NCBI GenBank assembly: GCA_013151935.1
Contig: JAADHI010000124.1
Span: 41,718-105,717 of the forward strand
Origin: Candidatus Manganitrophaceae bacterium
GTDB taxonomy: Bacteria; Nitrospirota; Nitrospiria; SBBL01; JAADHI01
Direction of reading: 5' to 3'
Length of the DNA: 64,000 bases
Both the position numbers and the translations under genes were made by a program. The stretch's first letter is position 1, and every line of letters begins with the position of its first letter. Under the pieces are notes generated by a model. That model saw only the letters and a program-made list of their open reading frames with translations, had not been told where the DNA came from and made no database searches. Below, one piece after another: positions 20,189-26,509 of this stretch.

Positions 20189-21910
20189 TCAGGGTTTATA
20201 GCGGTCTCCGGGAACAAGCTGCTCATAAGGCCGCGTCATCAACACTATTTTTCCACTTTGTGGGTCTCTCACCGAATTAACAAATTTCAACCAATTGACA
20301 TCATCCCGCTCTGGATAATCCGTCCGTGTATGATAGGTCGGCCAACGGGTTTCTTTTCGATAAGCCATGTGCTCTACAAGCACTTGCGCCACATCAATTC
20401 GGTCAATCACTTCATGGGCCTTCATCAGTTGATGCAAATCCTCCGCAACCAAACCCGAAACTTCCTGCGGCAAATCTGCAAGTTTTTTTCGGGCGATTGC
20501 AAGCATTTCTTCATTCATCTCATAATAAGTGGATGCCCCGCCAGCATACTGTTCCATAATTTTCTGAAGTCGGGATTCGAGCTCTGAAGATTTAATGCCA
20601 TGTTTCATTTTCGCATGATTTTCAAAAGGGCCAAAAGCACGACGCTCTTCTGCTGCAATACGCTCCTCTGAGACAAGCACCTTTTCTTCCATCCGCTCAA
20701 TATCCGAACCCATTGCACGGGCCGCCAAGACGCCTTCCGCCCAACAACCAGAAACAAATTTAAAAGGCGCACCGCCTGCAACATCTCCCGCCGCGTAAAG
20801 CCCTTTAAGGGTTGTTCTACGATCCACATCCACCCAATACCCGGACTGGCAATGTCCACCCACAATATAGGGCTCCGTCGTCTGCACTTCAACGGGTTCG
20901 GCTCCCGGATCAATATCATTGGCCAACCAATACAGCACCTGAGAGGGATACATATCGAGATAGGCTTTTTTGAGATCCGTTACTTTTTCTGCACTGATCC
21001 CGCGCGTATCCAAGTAGACAGGGCCACGACCTGCTTTGATCTCTTGAATCGGGCCGTGGGCGCGATAAGGCGTAGGCGCGCCATCGCCTCCAATATCCGC
21101 ATAACGAGAAACCATAAAACGCTCCCCCTTTGCATTCACCTGGGGTGCGCCCGCGCCAAGTGCAATCGTACCTGTGGGTGCGATTGCATCTTTTGTTCTC
21201 AAGGCAACATAACGCATTTCATAAGAAGTCATCTCCGCACCTGCACGAATGCCCATCGCATAACCTGCACCCGTATTGTAGGGAGAGTACCAGGTTTTAT
21301 GGGAAGCATCTCCGGCATTATTAGGACGATAAAGCCCTGCTGCGCCACCCGTGGCGATGAGAACGGCCTTCGCGTTCACCACATAAAGTTTTCCATTTCT
21401 CAGGGAAAAACCCACGGCCCCCGTCACACGCTCTCCCTCAGTTAGAAGATTGGTCACCGTAATCCAGTTATAAACCTTTGCTCCCGCCGAGCGTGCGGCT
21501 TTCGCCAAAATAGGTTTAAGGGACTCTCCGTTGATTTTAATATTCCAACGACCCCGTGGCACATAGTCCCCATTTTCATCAGATAAAATCGGAAGACCCC
21601 ATTTTTCAACTTTTTTCACACAATATTCAAACAACTCCGACATGCTTTTCACCAAATCTTCACGGATCAAACCGCAGGAGTCGGAGCGCACATAACGCAC
21701 AAAACTTTCAGGCGTTTCACCTTTATTCAAATAGGCATTTATCGCATTCATCCCGCCAGCAAGACAACCGCTCCGGTCGATATGTGCTTTTTCAAGAATA
21801 GTCACTTTGTATTGCGGAAATTTTTCTTTGACCTCAACGGCTGCCATGCAACCAGCGGTTCCACCCCCGATAATAAGGATGTCCGTTTCAATCGTTTGGC
21901 GTTCAATCAT
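20189..21910 (-). CDS. aprA: adenylylsulfate (APS) reductase alpha subunit-like flavoprotein
   Basis: ETDILIIGGGTAGC FAD fold, KWGLPI, INGESLKPI, LIATGGA, EPYIVGGH, LQKIMEQYAGG and RKETRWPTYHTRTDYPE are colinear with AprA. At 573 aa it is shorter than classical AprA. Confidence 0.75.
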   Translation of the reverse strand: MIERQTIETDILIIGGGTAGCMAAVEVKEKFPQYKVTILEKAHIDRSGCLAGGMNAINAYLNKGETPESFVRYVRSDSCGLIREDLVKSMSELFEYCVKKVEKWGLPILSDENGDYVPRGRWNIKINGESLKPILAKAARSAGAKVYNWITVTNLLTEGERVTGAVGFSLRNGKLYVVNAKAVLIATGGAAGLYRPNNAGDASHKTWYSPYNTGAGYAMGIRAGAEMTSYEMRYVALRTKDAIAPTGTIALGAGAPQVNAKGERFMVSRYADIGGDGAPTPYRAHGPIQEIKAGRGPVYLDTRGISAEKVTDLKKAYLDMYPSQVLYWLANDIDPGAEPVEVQTTEPYIVGGHCQSGYWVDVDRRTTLKGLYAAGDVAGGAPFKFVSGCWAEGVLAARAMGSDIERMEEKVLVSEERIAAEERRAFGPFENHAKMKHGIKSSELESRLQKIMEQYAGGASTYYEMNEEMLAIARKKLADLPQEVSGLVAEDLHQLMKAHEVIDRIDVAQVLVEHMAYRKETRWPTYHTRTDYPERDDVNWLKFVNSVRDPQSGKIVLMTRPYEQLVPGDRYKP

Positions 21911-21943
21911 AAGCTCTTGTATCCTTCTAATTTCTTTAATGTC

Positions 21944-22384
21944 TTAAATATGAAACATCAAAACGTCTTTTTCTTCCTTTTCTTTTGTCCGCAGACACAG
22001 CGCTTCAAGACTGATTGAGTTGAGATGAGCCTCAAGCCCGTCATTTATTTCGGCGTAAACTTCTTTTAAAACAATCTGTTCGACACTTCCATTTCGCGCA
22101 GAAGAGAGGTCCTTCGCAGAAATTGGCCCCTCGACCGCCTGAATGACTTCGCCAAAATAGATTTTATTCGGTGAACGTGTCAAGCGGTAGCCCCCATAAG
22201 GACCTCGCACACTTTCAACCAAGCCCTTCTTTTTCAGGGCACTCATGACCTGCTCCAAAAACCGAGGAGGGATAGATTTTTTTTCCGCAATACTTTTGAC
22301 CTGCAAGGGCTTTTCCCCCGGATGCAAGGACAAAGCCAGCATCGCCAAAATTGCATATTCCCCTTTTGCAGAGATAAATCGCAT
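21944..22384 (-). CDS. Rrf2-family transcriptional regulator (single Cys, no Fe-S ligand triad; CymR-like)
   Basis: Rrf2 N-terminal wHTH: MRFISAKGEYAILAMLALS...IAEKKSIPPRFLEQVMSALKKKGLVESVRGPYGGYRL. The whole protein has only one Cys. Confidence 0.8.
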   Translation of the reverse strand: MRFISAKGEYAILAMLALSLHPGEKPLQVKSIAEKKSIPPRFLEQVMSALKKKGLVESVRGPYGGYRLTRSPNKIYFGEVIQAVEGPISAKDLSSARNGSVEQIVLKEVYAEINDGLEAHLNSISLEALCLRTKEKEEKDVLMFHI

Positions 22385-22417
22385 AATTCCTACTATTCCG
22401 ATAAACTTAATGTAGTA

Positions 22418-22446
22418 TTAATAGTCGAGGATAAGGATCTTGTCAA
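22418..22446 (-). promoter_or_regulatory. sigma-70-like promoter of the rrf2-aprA-aprB-sat unit with adjacent inverted repeats
   Basis: The minus strand reads TTGACA-N17-TATTAA (-35 at 22441-22446, -10 at 22418-22423). Between the -10 and the start codon lie the inverted repeats TACTA/TAGTA and TACTATT/AATAGT (22391-22425), a candidate Rrf2 operator. Confidence 0.45.
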
Positions 22447-22718
22447 GTCTGAACAGACAAAAATGATGATCTGAGTAAGATATTCTGAGCTTGTTTCTCT
22501 CCTAATGTCATATAAAAAACACGTATTATTTTGCCTTGAACAAGAAGGCTGTGCCAGATATCCTCCATTAAGTATCTGTTTTTTAAGAACTTATTGCAAT
22601 AACAATCGCCTCAAAATGGATGCCAATTTCTTGACAAGCTTAGGGCCCTGTGGTACGGTTATTTCAGTTTTATTCTATTCGAAACAGACTGATTTTAACG
22701 ACTTCTGGGATCTGAAAA

Positions 22719-23498
22719 ATGCCGTTGCGCGTACTACTCGCCGATGAAAATCTTGCCGTGCAAAAGCTCGTTGAGTTGACCCTGAAAAACGAAGGCATTC
22801 AGCTCACTGCAACAGACAACAGCCTTTCTGCCCTTGATATCGCACTCAAAAAATCACCCGATATTATCTTGGCTGACTTTAATCTTGAGGGCTTGGACAT
22901 CTTTAGTTTTGTCAGTAAGATTAGACAAAACCCCCGGCTTTCTGATATCCCCATTATTCTGCTCATCAATGCAGCAGAAACCTTTGACCCCACACAATTG
23001 AGTTCTGTAGGGGTACAGGCCTTTTTCAAAAAACCGCTTGATTCCAAAGAACTACTGGATGAGATCAAAAAATTAACAGGGGATGCTGTTCAGGCCAGCG
23101 AGCGATCGAATAGCAGCTCAAAAAATGCTGACTCAGGTGTGTCTCAGCATTTTTCTGAATTGGAACAAGAAGCAGAAAAAATGGAAGCAGCCCTCGGTTG
23201 GTCTTCTTCTGTGGCGAAAAAATCAACAGAAGAAACAAGCCCTACCTCTGCGTCCTCTGGAAATTCAGAAAAATCCAATCTCCCTTTACATGACAGCCTC
23301 CTTGATGAAGCGATTCGTAAAAAAGTCCAGGAGTCCGTTGAAAAAGTCGCATGGGATGTTTTACCCGAGCTGCTCAGAACAGCGCTTTCCAAAGAAGCCA
23401 TGAGTCCCATTTTGGAAAAAGTGGCCTGGGAGGTTGTTACGCCCATCGCAGAAAGCGAGATCAAGAAAGAAATCGTACGCCTCCAAAACGGAAAATAA
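22719..23498 (+). CDS. response-regulator receiver protein with disordered S/E-rich linker and duplicated C-terminal motif
   Basis: REC: RVLLADEN...PDIILADFNLEGLD...IPIILL...FFKKPLD. The C-terminus carries two copies of EKVAW(D/E)V 27 aa apart. No DNA-binding or enzymatic output domain is recognisable. Confidence 0.7.
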   Translation: MPLRVLLADENLAVQKLVELTLKNEGIQLTATDNSLSALDIALKKSPDIILADFNLEGLDIFSFVSKIRQNPRLSDIPIILLINAAETFDPTQLSSVGVQAFFKKPLDSKELLDEIKKLTGDAVQASERSNSSSKNADSGVSQHFSELEQEAEKMEAALGWSSSVAKKSTEETSPTSASSGNSEKSNLPLHDSLLDEAIRKKVQESVEKVAWDVLPELLRTALSKEAMSPILEKVAWEVVTPIAESEIKKEIVRLQNGK

Positions 23499-23541
23499 AC
23501 CCTCAGCTGCATTTATTAACAAAGTTATCCCACCAAAAGTT

Positions 23542-24477
23542 TTACCCCCCAAAGATGTACTGAAAAATTCTTTTCTTAATGGTTTTATTCACTTCAGATT
23601 GAAGGGCTGCGAGTGATTTTTGTTCCGCCTCTTCCAAGGAAAGCTGGCCCTCCCTGCCTGTATTTCGCACACTGCCAATGACCCGCCCGCTTTCTTTTTC
23701 TGTCAGAATAATGCGTGTACTCCAACGCATAAAATGCCAAGTCGGGCTTTTTGGCCCTGTCTTTTCAAAACGGACCGCACCTGAGACAGAGAGCTTCGGC
23801 TCAGACCCAAGGCTGAGCCCCATTTGATTCAGGTTTTCAAGAATCGCCTTTTCGACTTCTGCCGCATGAGGGCCTTCCAAGGCAATCTCCACCTGAAAAT
23901 GTGTCCGCAGCACCTCGTCCAATTGATTTTGTAAACCTGCACTCATCACAGATTCTTCCAAAGGGCTGGCATGATTTGGGACGATTACACGCAACTTAGC
24001 CTGATATTCATCCGCCTGTCTTGAAGCCCTAAGCCCCCGGTACAAGGCTTTCGCCACTGCCAGAGGCAGTTCGGCCTCCGTGGCCCGCTCCAACCACATT
24101 TCCGCCTCACGTTCAAGGCCAGACACATTTTTAAGAAAGACGACCTTGGTCTTATCTCGATTTAAAACGGCCAAAATATAATGCACTTTAGAAAGCGGAT
24201 CAAACCAATCTTCAGCAAGTGTAATCTGTGCTAAGTCCTGCTTTGAACGAATACCCGAGCGAAAAACACGCACCAGCGCCTCGACGGCATTTCTTTCGGC
24301 AGACCGCTTGTCATCCGCAAAACCAAGCCCCCTCAGATAAACCGCTTCAGGGTATTGGAGGCTTGAACCGTCAATCCAGTCGGGTTTAAGATCTACGGGG
24401 TAAACCTCATCAAGCCCGCAAAAGAAACTCGCGAAAAGGGTAAAAACAACCAACCCAGACTTACTCAGAGGTCCCAT
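23542..24477 (-). CDS. LPP20-like lipoprotein, function unknown
   Basis: Signal and Cys (VVFTLFASFFCG). The N-terminal LPP20-like segment is YLRGLGFADDKRSAERNAVEALVRVF. The rest is unrecognised. Confidence 0.4.
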   Translation of the reverse strand: MGPLSKSGLVVFTLFASFFCGLDEVYPVDLKPDWIDGSSLQYPEAVYLRGLGFADDKRSAERNAVEALVRVFRSGIRSKQDLAQITLAEDWFDPLSKVHYILAVLNRDKTKVVFLKNVSGLEREAEMWLERATEAELPLAVAKALYRGLRASRQADEYQAKLRVIVPNHASPLEESVMSAGLQNQLDEVLRTHFQVEIALEGPHAAEVEKAILENLNQMGLSLGSEPKLSVSGAVRFEKTGPKSPTWHFMRWSTRIILTEKESGRVIGSVRNTGREGQLSLEEAEQKSLAALQSEVNKTIKKRIFQYIFGG

Positions 24478-24504
24478 AGGAGGACTACAAACTTGTCCAC
24501 TGAA

Positions 24505-24621
24505 TCAGTGGGGCGCAAAAACATCGGTGGTAGGTGAAAATACGAGGACCATTTGGATGATGTAGTAACCGACAAAAAGCATGGCGGCAACAAAAAAAAG
24601 TTGTTTCAAGAATGCTTTCAT
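24505..24621 (-). CDS. possible 38-aa small membrane protein (below the ORF-track cutoff)
   Basis: ATG preceded by AAAGAGG-N5. Translation MKAFLKQLFFVAAMLFVGYYIIQMVLVFSPTTDVFAPH* has one TM helix. It ends 27 nt before the LPP20-like gene. Confidence 0.3.
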   Translation of the reverse strand: MKAFLKQLFFVAAMLFVGYYIIQMVLVFSPTTDVFAPH

Positions 24622-24649
24622 ACAAACCTCTTTGCCCTTAGAAATTTAC

Positions 24650-24679
24650 ATTTTATTCAATTGGAGTAGATGATGTCAA
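24650..24679 (-). promoter_or_regulatory. sigma-70-like promoter for the small ORF and LPP20-like gene
   Basis: The minus strand reads TTGACA-N18-TAAAAT (-35 at 24674-24679, -10 at 24650-24655), immediately after the left arm of repeat copy A. Confidence 0.35.
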
Positions 24680-24683
24680 ATAT

Positions 24684-24845
24684 AAGAAACCTCTGATTAA
24701 GTTTTGGGTCATTTTTTTAGGAGATAAAGTTTCCTGATTCAAGACGCAAATTTCAGGGAATAGCCCGCTATTTCCAAAATTTGAAACGCAGAAGCGGGGA
24801 ATTTTTGCCCTCAAAAAACAAGTCATCACTTAATCAGAGTTTCCT
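24684..24845. repeat. intergenic inverted-arm element, copy A (about 162 bp)
   Basis: The left arm AGAAACCTCTGATTAAGT (24685-24702) and right arm ACTTAATCAGAGTTTCCT (24828-24845) are inverted repeats with a one-base bulge. The left arm is 18/18 identical to 45998-46015. The interior shares ordered blocks with copy B: GATTCrAGA, GGGnAATArCCCG, AACGC-N4-GCG, GCC..AAAAA and CATnACTTrATCAGAGTTT. Confidence 0.7.
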
Positions 24846-24865
24846 AAACACAAAGAACCTGAGAT

Positions 24866-26113
24866 TTATGGCATCTGGTCTTCTAGCATTTGTATCCTCA
24901 AATCTACGATATGGATTTCCTGAGATCCACCTGTTTTTTCAAAATAAACACGGGCCTTTTTTAAATGCGTAAGCGCTTTAGAAAATTCACCTTTCTTTTC
25001 GTGGATCGTCCCGATGGTGCCTTCAATTTCCGCAAGTTTCTTCAGGTTTTTTAAAGGGATCTGAATATAAAGGGCTTCTTCCGCCGCATGCAAAGCGTCT
25101 GAGTATTGGCCTTGATCACGATAGAGTAAACTTAAATTCAACCATGTTTTTGAGCGATTACGACTATCCTGTAATTTCTGATACCCCACCAAGGCCTTCA
25201 ATTGCAGCTTGAGTGCGGTCTCAAAGTCACCGAGGTCTTTGTAAACAAAACTTAAAGCCGAGCGTAGACCCGCCTCGCTCAGCGGATCATCGAGCTTTTT
25301 GTATATTTTGAGCGCTTTTTGGTAATAATCTCGTGCGAGCGGCAAGCGCTGATCGCGATAATACAAACTTGCCAGTTGGCCCAGCTGTCTGGCCTCAAGC
25401 CAAGGGATGGGAACCGTCTCTGCAATTTCCAGGGCTTCGATATGGGCAGCCGCTCCTTTGTCAGCAGAACCTAATTTAAAATAAAAGGCCCCCAATTGCG
25501 ACAAGGACAGCCCTTGTGCATGCCAATCATCTGTTTCTCGGTTGAGTTCGAGCGCCTTTTCGAGCCATTGCACCGCTTCTTTCCAGCGCTTGGACATGGA
25601 ATAAACGAGCGCAAAATTTGCCATTGCCGCCGACTTTATCTTTGGGTGATCCGCCTTCTGAAAGGCCAAATGAAAAGCAGATATCGCTTGGGATTCTTGA
25701 CCCAAGATGAGCAGACTATTGCCATATAAGATCAAAATGGCCCCACTTTGTTGCTCTACAGGAAGCAGATCAATTTCCTTTACGATATTCTGAAAATGGT
25801 TTTTTCGATAATGGGCATAAAGTGTCGAATAATGCAGAGACCTTCGCTCCGCTTCTGGCAAATGGAGCTCCCGCTTAAAAGCACTCAGATTGAGGTCTTT
25901 TAGGGCTTGCGCGGAAATTGCCGGGGAAGGTTCTGAAAAGACAGGACGACTGACAAGCGTAGAGAAGATCAGAAAAACAAAGAAAAACGCAAGCTTCCCT
26001 ACAGAGTTCAAAATGGAGGACTTAAAAAAAGGAGAAGATACAAAATAAAAAAAGGGGGCGATTCTAAAAAAACCAGCCGATGGGATTAAGCTATTTTTTT
26101 GTAATAAACCCAA
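24866..26113 (-). CDS. TPR-repeat protein with N-terminal signal/anchor
   Basis: Multiple 34-aa TPR-like units (for example AISAFHLAFQK, AVQWLEKALEL, ARDYYQKALKIYKK, ALKLQLKALVGYQK). Hydrophobic N-terminus. The TTG start is uncertain, and an internal TTG before NSVGKLAFFFVF is also possible. Confidence 0.65.
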   Translation of the reverse strand: MGLLQKNSLIPSAGFFRIAPFFYFVSSPFFKSSILNSVGKLAFFFVFLIFSTLVSRPVFSEPSPAISAQALKDLNLSAFKRELHLPEAERRSLHYSTLYAHYRKNHFQNIVKEIDLLPVEQQSGAILILYGNSLLILGQESQAISAFHLAFQKADHPKIKSAAMANFALVYSMSKRWKEAVQWLEKALELNRETDDWHAQGLSLSQLGAFYFKLGSADKGAAAHIEALEIAETVPIPWLEARQLGQLASLYYRDQRLPLARDYYQKALKIYKKLDDPLSEAGLRSALSFVYKDLGDFETALKLQLKALVGYQKLQDSRNRSKTWLNLSLLYRDQGQYSDALHAAEEALYIQIPLKNLKKLAEIEGTIGTIHEKKGEFSKALTHLKKARVYFEKTGGSQEIHIVDLRIQMLEDQMP

Positions 26114-26370
26114 TCTTCTCTTTCCGCTAAATAACGATCTTCACGTTTGTTAATCCTGGATCGTAACTCAGTAAAGCTTTTTCGATGTAGTCTTCTCACC
26201 GCATCATCCAGTACTTCTTGCACCGTCGGATAGGTTTCTGTATTGAACTTCATGCCTTCGTAGGAAAAACTGCCAGAATATCCATTTTCGTCGACATCAA
26301 CCGCCACATCCCGATTAAACATCCGCATATCCCAATCAAATCCTTCTATATGATGTACTTCAAAAACCAT
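26086..26370 (-). CDS. 94-aa hypothetical protein
   Basis: The start is moved to MVFEVHHIEG (ATG at 26370) because GGAGG-N7 precedes it and a consensus-like promoter lies upstream. It overlaps the TPR ORF start by 28 nt. No family is recognised. Confidence 0.5.
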   Translation of the reverse strand: MVFEVHHIEGFDWDMRMFNRDVAVDVDENGYSGSFSYEGMKFNTETYPTVQEVLDDAVRRLHRKSFTELRSRINKREDRYLAEREDWVYYKKIA

Positions 26371-26410
26371 TCTTTGGCCTCCATCTTTTTTCAAATCACT
26401 GATTCGGCAG

Positions 26411-26439
26411 ATTATAGACAGTGCGATTTATCAAATCAA
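26411..26439 (-). promoter_or_regulatory. near-consensus sigma-70 promoter for the 94-aa/TPR gene pair
   Basis: The minus strand reads TTGATT-N17-TATAAT (-35 at 26434-26439, -10 at 26411-26416), followed by GGAGG and the ATG. Confidence 0.55.
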
Positions 26440-26509
26440 CCCGAATTGCGTCCACAAGTGCAAGTCGTACAGATCACCTACTTTAATATTGAGGAATTAA
26501 GAATGCCTC

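Noticed and set aside
20852-21445. 197-aa antisense ORF inside aprA. Similar cases are 28061-28546 in the SNF2 gene and 55567-56564 in secA.
   Set aside because: These lie entirely within strongly supported genes on the other strand. Their composition is low-complexity or atypical, and they have no start context.
22681-22703. GAAACAGACTGATTTTAACGACT upstream of the REC gene, weakly resembling the repeat arm
   Set aside because: It needs several indels to align, and it has no partner arm and no interior similarity.
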